From Octopus bimaculoides (lineage: Eukaryota), in contig NC_068989.1 of assembly GCF_001194135.2 (NCBI RefSeq), positions 9,401,560 through 9,465,559 of the forward strand: a stretch of DNA of 64,000 nt, given 5' to 3'. This document shows positions 38,061-50,420 of this stretch, in pieces. The position numbers and the translations under genes were made by a program. The first letter of the stretch is position 1. The number at the start of each line of letters is the position of its first letter. Below the pieces are notes generated by a model. The model searched no databases. It was not told where the DNA came from and saw only the letters and a list, made by a program, of their open reading frames with translations.

Positions 38061-38345
38061 TGGACACATTTCAAGGCAGCAAGCGGATAGAATTCACAGC
38101 ATATCAGACAAAATGGTTAGCAGTATTTCTTTCAGCACTTAACATTCTGAGTTCAAATCCTACAATAGTTGACTTTGCTCTTCATCTTTTGAGGGTCAAT
38201 AAAATAAGTATCTCTGATAGAATAAGTACCAAGCTTAAAAAAAAAACCCTACTGCAGTTGATTTTGTTCCACTCAACCCTTGCAGGTACTGCTCCGGCAT
38301 GGCCATGGTTCAATGACTGAAACATGTAAAATGTAAAAGATAAAG

Positions 38346-38509
38346 AGGCGCAGAAGTGGCTGTGTGGTAAGTAGCTTGCTTACCAACCACATGGTTTCTG
38401 GGTTCAGTCCCACTGTGTGGCACCTTGGGCAAGTGTCTCCTACTATAGCCTTGGGCCGACCAAAGCCTTGTAAGTGGATATGGTAGATGGAAACTGAAAG
38501 AATCCTGCC

Positions 38510-38547
<38 letters not shown>

Positions 38548-38790
38548 ATATATATGTATGTATGTATATGTGTGTTTGTGTGTGTGTATGTTTGTGTATC
38601 TGTATTTGTGCTCCCACCATTGCTTGATAACCGATGCTGGTGTGCTTACGTCCTTGTAACTTAGCGGTTCGGTAAAAGAGACCGATAGAATAAGTACTAG
38701 GCTTGCAAAGAAAAAGTCCTGGGGTCAGTTTGTTTAACTAAAGGAGGTGCTCCAGCATGGCCACAGTCAAATGACTGAAACAAATAAAAA
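38346..38790 (+). mobile_element. SINE-A, near full length (head, microsatellite, tail)
   Basis: GGCGCAGAAGTGGCTGTGTGG..GGTTCAGTCCCAC..(TA)n..GTAACTTAGCGGTTCGG..CCAGCATGGCCACAGTCAAATGACTGAAAC. Confidence 0.9.
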
Positions 38791-38879
38791 AAAAAGGAAA
38801 TATGAAGATTTCTTTTCTCAGATTTTAACAGATGTCGTGTAAGTATTAGTTCCGAAACTTGTCAACGTTGATTTAATCA

Positions 38880-39300
38880 AGAAGGAATTACCGAACCAGT
38901 TTTCCAAAGATGGAAAACCATGATAAATCTACAAATCAAAAGCAACATAGCAGTAATTCCACAATGTACTATTTACCAAGCAAACGAAGTGTGTAATGGT
39001 AACACATTTTGTAAGTCAATAAATTGTAACAAAAGTCATTAAAACAAAAATTTCCTCATCACAGAAAATATTGTGTTTGTTCCAACAATCACCCTTTCTA
39101 CTAGAGGCGATGAGTTTTCATTTAAACTAATAAGAAAACAGGTTCCAATTAAATTAGCAATAATAATGACAATAAATAAATCAGAAAAGCAAACATTTGA
39201 AAAGAATTGTGTTGTATTTACCAAAGTCAGTATTCTCTTATGGTAAATTAAATGTTGGCTTTTCAAGACTGTCAAAAAAGATTGTTCAGATTTGAATACA
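38880..39300 (+). mobile_element. Helitron Pif1 helicase C-terminal relic
   Basis: VCNG, IVFVPTITL..FKLIRKQVPIKLAIIMTINKSEKQT and YLPKSVFSYGKLNVGFSR, corresponding to LCNGT, RQFP..LAFAMTINKSQGQT and VFSHGQLYVA.SR. Confidence 0.9.
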
Positions 39301-39374
39301 TTCAATATTAGAGGAAAGAATAGACAACAGAATTTCATATTCTGTTATTCTGTTATTCTGTTATTCTGTTATTC

Positions 39375-39610
39375 TTTTATTCTTCTAGTTTGTTTCAGTC
39401 ATTTGACTGTGGCCATATTGGAGCACTGCTTTGATTGGTTGTTTTTAGTCGAATAAATTGACCCCAGGACTTATTCATTGTAAGCCTAGTACTTGTTTTA
39501 TCAGTCTCTTTTGCAGAACTGCTAAGTTGCATGGACATAAACACACCAGCATCGGTTGTTAAGCGATGGAAGTGGGGTGGGGAACAAACACAGACACAAA
39601 GACACATACA
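39375..39610 (-). mobile_element. SINE-A tail module
   Basis: TTTCAGTCATTTGACTGTGGCCAT..CTGCTAAGTTGC..GTTAAGCGATGG. Confidence 0.8.
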
Positions 39611-39626
39611 TAGATATATACATATC

Positions 39627-39674
<48 letters not shown>

Positions 39675-39679
39675 GTATA

Positions 39680-40083
39680 TGTGTGTGGTACTCTGTCGGT
39701 TACAACAAGGGTTCCAGTTGATCCAATCAATGAAACAGCCTGCTCGTGAAATTAACGTGCAAGTGGCTGAGCACTCCACAGACACGTGTACCCTTAACGT
39801 AGTTCTCGGGGGATATTCAGCGTGACACAGGGTGTGACAAGGCTGACCCCCTTTGAAATACAGGTACAACAGAAACAGGAAGTAAGAGTGAGAGAAAGTT
39901 GTGGTGAAAGAGTACAGCAGGGTTTGCCACTAACCCCTGCCAGAGCCTCGTGGAGCTTTAGGTGTTTTTGCTCGATAAACACTCACAACGCCCAGTCTGG
40001 GAATTGAAACCGCGATCCTATAACCGTGAGTCATTGCACCTCCACTGGGCCATTGCACCTCCACTGGGCCATTGCACCTCCAC
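39680..40083 (-). mobile_element. SINE-E (tRNA-derived), near full length, with triplicated 5' end
   Basis: Reverse complement matches 48955-49285; B-box-like GGTTTCAATTCCC; 19-nt unit CATTGCACCTCCACTGGGC repeated about 2.7 times at 40032-40083. Confidence 0.9.
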
Positions 40084-40090
40084 AGATATG

Positions 40091-40127
<37 letters not shown>

Positions 40128-40134
<7 letters not shown>

Positions 40135-40292
40135 GCTTCTTTCAGTTTCCATCTACCAAATCCACTCATAAGGCCTTGGTCAGCCTGAGGCTATAGCAGA
40201 AGACACTTAAGACACTTACCCAAAGTGCCACACAATGGGACTGAGCCTGGATCCATGTGGTTGGCAAGCAAGCTTCTTACCACACAGTCACA
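40128..40292 (-). mobile_element. SINE-A head
   Basis: GGGCTTCTTTCAGTTTCC..CCCAAAGTGCCACACAATGGGACTGAGCC..CTTACCACACAGTCAC. Confidence 0.85.
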
Positions 40293-40796
40293 CCAAATAG
40301 TTTAGAGATATATCTTCTACAAATACGTACAGGCATGTGGCTTGATGATGGTGATGATCCCACTGATGACAGCGATGACAATGGTGATGATGATAATGAT
40401 GATGATGATGATAACAATGATGATGATGACAATGATGATGATCCTTCTGATGACAGCGACGACAATGAAGATGATAATGATGATGATGATGACGACGACG
40501 ATGATGATGATGATGATGATTGCCATTAGCAGTAGAGGGCAGGAGCAGAGGACCGTCTAAAACGAATGTAAGGAATACACAGCCACACTTTCCCCTCCCG
40601 CCAACCCCCACCTCACTTTACTACAATATAACTGTTTAAGCCATACACCAATACAAATAATTCTAAAAGCCTTCGCCAAAATGGATTTTCATAAATTTAT
40701 GGCTTCTTCACTTTCTATTTCCTGGCAAAAACAAACTGTTAGAATCAAAACCAGAGAATTTAAAGAATGTACTGCAGTCAATTTGTCCCTCTAAAC

Positions 40797-40920
40797 CAGC
40801 GGTTCCCAAAGTGGGCGGTATTGCACCCCCCCCCCGTCCCCGCTGGGCGTGGTGGAGGGTTCCAAGGTGGGTGTTGAAGAAAAGTGAGGTGATAATGGGG
40901 TAGCGATTCATGTAAAAAAA
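40797..40920 (+). mobile_element. hAT (Charlie-like) terminal fragment
   Basis: CAGCGGTTCCCAAAGTGGGCGGT terminus preceded by the 8-mer CTCTAAAC, which resembles a Charlie target; second end not found. Confidence 0.55.
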
Positions 40921-41635
40921 AAACATTGGGTTAAATTTTATTTGTGAAATACAGTTGCTTTGAATTTGTTTTTGATGGTTGGCTGGGGTGACGATGGTTG
41001 TCAAGCGATGTTGGGGGGACAAACATATACACACGCATATATATATATATATATANNNNNNNNNNNNNNNNNNNNNNNNNNNNNNNNNNNNNNNNNNNNN
41101 NNNNNNNNNNNNNNNNNNNNNNNNNNNNNNNNNNNNNNNNNNNNNNNNNNNNNNNNNNNNNNNNNNNNNNNNNNNNNNNNNNNNNNNNNNNNNNNNNNNN
41201 NNNNNNNNNNNNNNNNNNNNNNNNNNNNNNNNNNNNNNNNNNNNNNNNNNNNNNNNNNNNNNNNNNNNNNNNNNNNNNNNNNNNNNNNNNNNNNNNNNNN
41301 NNNNNNNNNNNNNNNNNNNNNNNNNNNNNNNNNNNNNNNNNNNNNNNNNNNNNNNNNNNNNNNNNNNNNNNNNNNNNNNNNNNNNNNNNNNNNNNNNNNN
41401 NNNNNNNNNNNNNNNNNNNNNNNNNNNNNNNNNNNNNNNNNNNNNNNNNNNNNNNNNNNNNNNNNNNNNNNNNNNNNNNNNNNNNNNNNNNNNNNNNNNN
41501 NNNNNNNNNNNNNNNNNNNNNNNNNNNNNNNNNNNNNNNNNNNNNNNNNNNNNNNNNNNNNNNNNNNNNNNNNNNNNNNNNNNNNNNNNNNNNNNNNNNN
41601 NNNNNNNNNNNNNNNNNNNNNNNNNNNNNNNNATA

Positions 41636-41800
41636 TATGACGGGCGTCTTTCAGTTTCTGTCTACCAAATCCACTCACAAGGCTTTGGTTGGCCCAAGGC
41701 TATAGTAGAAGACACTTGCCCAAGGTGCCATGCAGTGGGACTGAACCCGGAACCATGTGGTTGGTAAACAAGCTACTTACCACACGGCCATTCCTACACC
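41636..41800 (-). mobile_element. SINE-A head
   Basis: Low-divergence reverse-complement copy retaining CpGs. Confidence 0.9.
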
Positions 41801-42211
41801 TGTAAGTTAACAATCAAAATGATTTAATTGACACACAGAGAAATAGAAAGTGTTTTGACATTACAAATGTTATTCCTTTTTGGAATAGAGTGTTGGATGA
41901 TAAGAGATGAGGAAAAAGATGAGGAAAACCCCAAAAAATAAAGATTTTTATCAAATCCAAAATATTCGAGTGAAGATTGTCAACAAATATGTATACACAT
42001 TTGTACAGAAACACACACACATGCATATACACACAGATATATGTACATGATATATATGTGTTTGCGCATGTATACACACACATTCATATGCATACATATA
42101 TAAATATATACATATATATACAATTCTACATATATATTTATGTATATATATATATATATGTACATACACACACACATATACATGTATAAACAATATGTAT
42201 ATATGTGTATA

Positions 42212-42497
42212 TCATCATCATCATCGTTTAACGTCCGCTTTCCATGCTGGCATGGGTTGGACGATTTGACTGAGGACTGGTGAAACCGGATGGCAACACC
42301 AGGCTCCAGTCTGATTTGGCAGAGTTTCCACAGCTGGATGCCCTTCCTAACGCCAACCACTCAGAGAGTGTAGTGGGTGCTTTTACGTGTCACCCGCACG
42401 AAAACGGCCACGCTCGAAATGGTGTCTTTTATGTGCCACCCGCACAATGTGCCACCCGCACAGATGTGCAACCCGCACAAATGTGCCACCCGCACAA
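42212..42497 (-). mobile_element. Repeat-C with an internal 16-18-bp tandem array
   Basis: (CAT)n tail, core CAGCTGGATGCCCTTCCTAACGCCAACC, and ATGTGCCACCCGCACA-like unit repeated 4 times at 42431-42497. Confidence 0.9.
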
Positions 42498-42949
42498 NNN
42501 NNNNNNNNNNNNNNNNNNNNNNNNNNNNNNNNNNNNNNNNNNNNNNNNNNNNNNNNNNNNNNNNNNNNNNNNNNNNNNTATTGTGTTTTGTGTGTGTGTG
42601 TGTGTGTGTCTGTGTTTCTGTGTTATAAATTTTAATTTTAGCTGTAAGCGAAATTACTGATGAAAGATATGTATCATTTTATCTTGTGAATCGTAGGATA
42701 TGAAGAAAATAAAGCAAAATCACCAAATAGAGAAAAGTTCAGAGAAATGTGCAAATAGGTTAAAAAAATGAGAGACACTCAAAAGTACGGAGAGACAGAC
42801 AGACAAACAGAGTGACACAGAGAGAGAAAGAGACAGAGTGTGTGTGTGTGGGGGGGGGGAGTTCAGAGTTAATTTTTTTAAATATGCTATGAAAAATGAC
42901 TATTAATATTTTATGAAGAAAATAACACATTGGAAGCTCATACATAATC

Positions 42950-43366
42950 TTTTCTACTCTAACCATAAGGCCCGAAATTTTGGGGAAGGGGGCCACTCGA
43001 TTAGATCGATCCCAGTACATAACTGGTACTTAATTTATTGAGCCCAAAAGGATAGAAGGCAAAGTCAACTTCGGCGGAGTTTGAACTCAGAACGTAAAGA
43101 CAGACAAAATACCGCTGCTAACGTTTCTACCCGCTCGCCACCTTAAAAATTTTCTTTTCTACTTTAGGCACGAGGACTGAAATTTGTGGTGAGGGGGCTA
43201 GTCGATTAGATCGACCCCAGTATGCAACTGATACTTAATTTATTGACCCCCAAAAGGATGAAAGGCAAAGTCGACCTCAACGGAATTTGAACTCAGAACA
43301 TAAAGACAGACGAAATACCGCTAAGCATTTCGCCCAGTGTACTAACATTTCTACCAGCTCACCACT
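42950..43366 (-). mobile_element. Two tandem SINE-B copies
   Basis: GGCAAAGTC(A/G)AC(T/C)TC..GGA(G/A)TTTGAACTCAGAAC..AAATACCGCT at about 43060 and about 43265. Confidence 0.9.
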
Positions 43367-43781
43367 TTAGAAATGTAATATACTCTTTTCTAAAAAAAAA
43401 TAAGTACCAGTTGAACACTGAGGTTGATGTAATCGATTTATTCCTTCCCCAAAATTGCTGGCCTTGTGCCAAATTTTGAAACCAATATTAGGCAAGATTC
43501 CCAATTGTAAACTATTGTTTTTGTGTAAATGTCTACTTTACCATGCTTGCATGGTTTTAGAGATTGTCTGCAGCTGGATACCGTTCGTGTTATCAACTCT
43601 CACTTGTTTTTGGGTGAGGTAATGTTTCCCCAAGGCCAGACATGTTTCCATGATAGATTAGGAGGAAAGGACATCATGTGTATGGCAGTAACACTCATTT
43701 ACAATCATCACACAATGTCAAGACAAGGAGACACTAACACACACACACACACACACACACACATTGCACTTCGGTTTTGTT

Positions 43782-43841
43782 GCTCTGATGATGCACTCAA
43801 CTATGAGTGTATTGCACCTCATAGCAGAAACAACCGTAAGC
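43782..43841 (+). ncRNA. Candidate type I hammerhead ribozyme (short stem I, bulged stem II)
   Basis: GCU CUGAUGA UG[cacucaa]CUAUGAG[uguauugcac]CUCAUAG CA GAAA C[aacc]GUA AGC; intact core, GUA cleavage triplet. Confidence 0.5.
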
Positions 43842-45240
43842 TAATGAAGTTTACTTCATAATTTCTTATTTCCTTGTCATTTATCTGTTCTCTTAAAACT
43901 GCTCTGTGCTCAACTGATACTTTTTTTCTGAAGCACGTGTATATTGAGTCCTATCACCAGATTATTTGTTTTGCTATCCCTAAGCAAAATAATAAAATAT
44001 AGATATGTATCTAACAGGCTTCTTTTTGTTCCCATTTACCAAATCACTCACAAGGCTGAATATAATTTTGTAATCTTAGCAGTACTTATTGAATTACCAG
44101 TTTCTGATTATTCATCTTCCTCACTCCTTACAACTTCTTTTCGTCAGCAGCACAATTTTCTAACAGCTTTCATTCAACACTACAACTAACGACAACTGTT
44201 GCATTACTTATAAATCCCAAGATTTATATCTGAAAATTTTCTTACAGAAAACTTCTAAGAGCAATATAAACACAACCAATTTACCAACCGCTAGTATGGC
44301 TAAATAATTCTAACACTACGCTAACACTATTCCTTTGTACCTCCTTTATTGCTTCATTAAATTACTTCATCTCGTGTTGTTTTTCTAGATGTTTATTTTT
44401 ACTCCTAGGTCATACAATTTGATACTTTATATCATATCAACTTTTCTTATCATATTCTTCCTGACCATAATTTAAATAATTATATACAGAATTTCATCTT
44501 TGTGTATTTAACAACACTAACATACACAACAGTAGCTACACAAAATCTCAGTATATCGATAAAAAAAAAATATTGAGTACATATTTGCTGAATTCAGATT
44601 ACCCAAGTTTAGGTATTCCTTTCCTTTTTCTTTTTTTTTTTCTTTTTTTTTTCCACATGAATTCTATGCCATATATTTAAATGTTTTAAATATAGCCGTT
44701 TCGAATATACTGGTATATTTAATGGTTCTTGAAATGCACTAACAACACATAATTAACATTTTTCTACTTCATATTTTTATTTTTACTTCTGTCAATAATC
44801 AGAAATATAAAATATCAATGTACCCCAATATTTTACTGTTATATTCTTCCAGAAATATAAAAGCCATCTCTAAGAACATTTTTCAATGATATTAAACTTA
44901 TGTCCATCTTAGAAAGTGTCACTATTATTGATATCATTAATTTTATGTGCATATAAAATATGGTAGTAGCTTCCAATAAATTTTTCTTTCATAACATCTT
45001 TTTTTATAAAAATAATAAAGAGCAACGAAACAAAGTTATATCATTTTCCATAGACTTGAGTATTTTCTTGTTTTTTTTAACCTAACTAGCCATTTCTCTG
45101 AACTTTGAAATAAATCTTTTTTTTTTTTCTTTTTGTCATATTTTTCTCATTACCTGAGTATTGACAAAATCAAATGATAAATATCGTTTGTAAGTAATTT
45201 AACTTTCAGCTAAGATAAAAAAAAAAATTATATAAATTAG

Positions 45241-45495
45241 GTGCAGGAGTGACTGTGTGGTAAGAAGCCTGTTTCCCAACCACATGGTCCTGAGTACAGT
45301 CCCACTGCATGGCACCTTGGGCACGTGTCTTTTACTATAGCCTCAGGCTGATCAAAGCCTTGTGAGTGGATTTGGTAGATGGAAACTGAAAGAATCCTGT
45401 CGTATATATATATCGATGTACATGTCTGTGTTTGTCCCCCATCACCACTTGACAACCGGTGTGGGTATGTTTACATCCCCGTAACTTAGCAGTTA
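45241..45495 (+). mobile_element. SINE-A head plus start of tail
   Basis: GTGCAGGAGTGACTGTGTGGTAAGAAG..GTAACTTAGCAGT. Confidence 0.9.
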
Positions 45496-46882
45496 GATAA
45501 AATTTTATTACACATGCTTACCTCTTCCACTAATTCTGATTCTCTATGTGTGAACAATAATACACTTGTCTTCTGAGTGAATCCAGTAATACAGAAGCCA
45601 TTGTACATGATGCAGAAATTAGATCAATAAACCAGAACTTTGACACCACCCAGAAGTGTTATATTAGCACATGAGAAGGTGAATTCAAAAGAAGATGTTA
45701 CAATCACATCCCTTCTGTCATTAACATTGATAAACAAATTGTAACAAAGCTCTCAAGTTACAAATGGTCTTTAAGAGAAAAAGCTGTGATTACAATATCA
45801 ACTGGTGAATTGTTGGAAGGTGTATGCCTTATGTACATGGCAATGAAAAATATGGTCTTTGCACAGTTGAAAAAAAAAATGAATTCATTAGAACCAGAAA
45901 CATATTTAAATCACAAATTCAAGACATTCAGTAATTGTAAACATGCTAATAAGTTCATATTACGTACGTAACTGGACACACCCAGTTTGAATGAGACACT
46001 GTATGCAAGCCTGGAATGTGATGGCTTACATGCAGGATTTTAATGCCGTTAGTATTGATAGTAATTTTTTTTTTCATTTACCATCATTTTCTTTGTTTAT
46101 TTTACCTGTTTTCAGTTTTTATCGTTTCCTTCTTTTCTTGAACTAAGAAATTGTTATCAATTCATAGGTTATCTACTTTATGTTGACCCCCCACCTATTT
46201 TATATTTTTCTTAATTTTTCAAAATTTTTTAAATCAATATTTAAATTATATCCAGTGCAAATCATAGGATCAAGGCAGGTAACGTTTCGCTTTATGCACA
46301 CATTTTGACAATTAAGATAAAGAAAATAAAAGGAGACATGAGACCCAAACATCCTTTAAAAATCGGAGTAGACAATAAAAACCAGCAGAGAAACATTACA
46401 TCAATCACATTGGCCCTACTAAATATAAAAGTACAGCAATACACGTTAATATCACCTCATTCAGAAGATAAGACTACGGAAGGCTGGAAACAGTGATAAT
46501 AGACTTAGGAACTTTACTGTTGCAAAGAAACTGTAAGGAACTTTTCGAAAATTCGAAAAACATTGATAAAAAAGATACAGTTAGAACACAATTGTATATT
46601 CAATGTAATATGTCTAAAAGAAAAGCTTTCACCTATTACAAATATAAAAACCACACAATATAATAGCAGAAAGCGAAAAATGTAAGACAGAATATCGGAA
46701 GTAATTTATTGAATGACAAATACGCACACAAACTGAGAATATATATATATATAAAAAAAAACGCACAAGCAGAAATTCTTCAGAAAGATATCAACAAACC
46801 AGTAAGAAATATTTATTAAACAATTATATTCGCAGCTCTTGATAATATAAAGACATCTCTTTCACGACGATTAGACACAGGA

Positions 46883-46923
<41 letters not shown>

Positions 46924-48834
46924 GGAAGCAATATTTGGAAAGCAAAAATCACCCTGTCCAAACAGGAAGATAAATTTTTTAACTTCTCACCAAATACAGA
47001 ATGTCTTATGCTCTTCAACTTTAATACTAACTTCTACTTACAACCGAAATATAACAAACAAACAAAAAAAAACTTGAAACCAAACTATTATACTAAGCTC
47101 TAGAAAATCTCAGAGATAAAAATACGATAAATTCAAAACTTACTCCGAGGCAAATGTAATAAACGTACATACTTACTCAACAATAAACGCATACATACAT
47201 TTACACACATACACACACACATAAGTGAAGATATCGCCTTCTTCTGTAAAAAAAAGCGGCAAACACTATATATATACATAAATATACGCACACACAAACA
47301 CCCACATATATATATGCGTGTATATATATATATATATAAGCCAGTAAATAGTGGGGTTGTGTTAACCGCACGTGGAGAAATAATAAGAAAATGAAGAATA
47401 AGGCAGAATGCTAAATTGGAAGCATGTTTTAATAAAGATTTCTAACCGCCTTTCATTGCGAAGCAAATTTTCAAGAAGGAGAATGAAAATGTTTTTTACA
47501 AAGAAGTACAAAATGAAGAAAATAATATATAAAAAATAATATATAAAAAAATAACTATACCAATACATTATATTGTATTTGAGCTTTTGAAGTTCAATGG
47601 TAGTTCATGTATATAATGGTTGGAAAAATANNNNNNNNNNNNNNNNNNNNNNNNNNNNNNNNNNNNNNNNNNNNNNNNNNNNNNNNNNNNNNNNNNNNNN
47701 NNNNNNNNNNNNNNNNNNNNNNNNNNNNNNNNNNNNNNNNNNNNNNNNNNNNNNNNNNNNNNNNNNNNNNNNNNNNNNNNNNNNNNNNNNNNNNNNNNNN
47801 NNNNNNNNNNNNNNNNNNNNNNNNNNNNNNNNNNNNNNNNNNNNNNNNNNNNNNNNNNNNNNNNNNNNNNNNNNNNNNNNNNNNNNNNNNNNNNNNNNNN
47901 NNNNNNNNNNNNNNNNNNNNNNNNNNNNNNNNNNNNNNNNNNNNNNNNNNNNNNNNNNNNNNNNNNNNNNNNNNNNNNNNNNNNNNNNNNNNNNNNNNNN
48001 NNNNNNNNNNNNNNNNNNNNNNNNNNNNNNNNNNNNNNNNNNNNNNNNNNNNNNNNNNNNNNNNNNNNNNNNNNNNNNNNNNNNNNNNNNNNNNNNNNNN
48101 NNNNNNNNNNNNNNNNNNNNNNNNNNNNNNNNNNNNNNNNNNNNNNNNNNNNNNNNNNNNNNNNNNNNNNNNNNNNNNNNNNNNNNNNNNNNNNNNNNNN
48201 NNNNNNNNNNNNNNNNNNNNNNNNNNNNNNNNNNNNNNNNNNNNNNNNNNNNNNNNNNNNNNNATATATATATATATATATATACATACATACATATATG
48301 TGTGTGTGTTTGTAACTATGCACGTACAAGCATACAAATATATTCACACAGAGATACATATTCATATATGCACACATACACACGCATTCACACACATATA
48401 CAAATACATACGCATACACATGCATGTGTTTCCGTTCTCAGAAACAGAAGTCAGCAATTCTAAGTGGAAGAAAGCTGAAATTAAACTACGAGAGATGGTT
48501 TGGTAGAATAATTTTAAACATTTAGCCTGAAGAAGAAACTGGTTTTCGTACTTAGAAATCCTGAAATCCGTAAAATCTCACGTTCGTCTTCATTTCTATG
48601 TAAAAGAAAAAGCTTTACACTATTTCCATAAATAGGTAACATCATGAAGAAATCCTTTAAATTCATAAAGATTTTACTAATCTATCTTTATATAAATACA
48701 TAGACGCGGTGTGAAAAGATAAAGGATCTCTCTCAGAATCACGGAAATTTCACTGAAAGGGTTTTATAACGAAGGAAGAGTAAAGATTGGGGTCAGTGTG
48801 ACCAAGCATGTAAGATTAGACATAAAGCATTTTC

Positions 48835-48877
48835 GAAGAAGAAGAAGAAGAAGAAGAAGAAGAAGAAGAAGAAGAAG

Positions 48878-48907
<30 letters not shown>
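48835..48907. repeat. (GAA)n microsatellite
   Basis: Direct inspection. Confidence 0.97.
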
Positions 48908-48909
<2 letters not shown>

Positions 48910-48954
48910 TGTACAACTCCGGTTTCAAGTGCCTCGTATATTGATGGTTATTAA

Positions 48955-49285
48955 CTCAGATATTCCCAGACTGGGCGTTGTGAGTGTTTATAGAGCGAAA
49001 ACACCTAAAGCTCCACGAGGCTCCCACAAGGGATGGTGGCGAACTCTGCTGTACTCTTTCACCACAACTTTCTCTCACTCTTTCTTCCTGTTTCTGTTGT
49101 ACCTGTATTTCAAAGGGCCAGCCTTGTCACACTCTGTGTCACGCTGAATCTCCCCAAGAACTACTTTTAGGGTACAGGTGTCTGTGGAGTGCTCAGCCAC
49201 TCGCACGTTAATTTCACGAGCAGGCTGTTCCGTTGATCGGATCAACTGGAACCCTCGACGTCGTAACCGACGAAGTGCCAACCAC
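48955..49285 (+). mobile_element. SINE-E, 5'-truncated
   Basis: ATTCCCAGACTGGGCGTTGTG..GTGCTCAGCCACTCGCACGTTAATTTC..GATCGGATCAACTGGAACCC..GTGCCAAC. Confidence 0.9.
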
Positions 49286-49299
49286 CACCAACTCTCAGA

Positions 49300-49990
49300 T
49301 AAGTAAATCAAGTATATGAAGATATTCTATGAGCTTCCCAAAGCATCCGATCACGTGTATTTTTAACAGAATAGGAACTGAATGACCTTCCACTTGTCAT
49401 GCTTCAAACAGCTTACAAGGACGCTGCCATGAACAAAACAAGTGGTTTTCGTGCTTTAGGAATGGTCACTTATCGTTTGAAGACCATCGACCTCCCAAAC
49501 GAATAAAAATATCATTAAAATTCCTTAACTGATCTTGGAGGACCATCGCCGAACAATTTACGAGCTTGTTGATATGACTGGTGTGTCCTGGAGCCCCTGG
49601 AGTTTTGAGCAAGGAATTCCGAATGAAAAGAGTTGTAGCAAAATTTGTGTTTCGCTTGCTGACGGAAGATCAAAAAGTCACGATTGAATGCATGTCGTGA
49701 ACTGAAAGAACGGTTGGAAGTTGATCTTGCTCCCTGCGACTTTTTTTTTTGTTACCCCGGATGAAAAAACTCCTTAATGGAAAACCTTTTGCAGATGTGG
49801 AAGAGGAGAGGGAAAAACCGACGGAGCCGTTAAAATGCATCACTTCGCAAGAGTTCCAAGACTGCTTCAAGCAGTGAAAGGTACGTCTGGACCGATGCAT
49901 AGCTTCAAATGCATAATACTTTGAAGGCGGTATAAGTGTAAGCAGGTAAAACTAAGGGATTAAAACAATCATGCAAAATTCCGGTCTCTT
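49300..49990 (+). mobile_element. Internally deleted mariner
   Basis: MLQTAYKDAAMNK..WFSCFRNG..EDHRRTIYEL..MKRVVAKFVFRLLTEDQK..ELKERLEVD joined directly to LAPCDFF..QEFQDCFKQ*..RCIAS..YFEG. Confidence 0.85.
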
Positions 49991-50309
49991 CCTCACCCGC
50001 CGATGTCTGTACATATACGTACAAAAAAGTAATTAATTAGCGTGTAGCTGTCAGCCGGGTGAAGGAAAAAAAAACATCATGACTATCAATGTTATATAAT
50101 TTTTCGTGAAAAAATATTAACCTACCCAAATATCTACCAAAGTGAATTGGCTCAGTCAAAGACGGCACCAAGACAAAATTTTAACATCTTTTTATACACA
50201 AAATATTGTAGAAATATTAATATTCGATAAATATATATATATATATGTATATACATATGTATATATATGTATATATAAATGTATACATATATATGCATAT
50301 ATATATGTA

Positions 50310-50358
<49 letters not shown>

Positions 50359-50388
50359 CTAGTGACAGACAGACAGAGTAATATATAA

Positions 50389-50420
<32 letters not shown>

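Noticed and set aside
42431-42497. Short repeat array superficially CRISPR-like
   Set aside because: Head-to-tail 16-18-mers without unique spacers, inside a retroposon in a eukaryotic genome; no cas genes.
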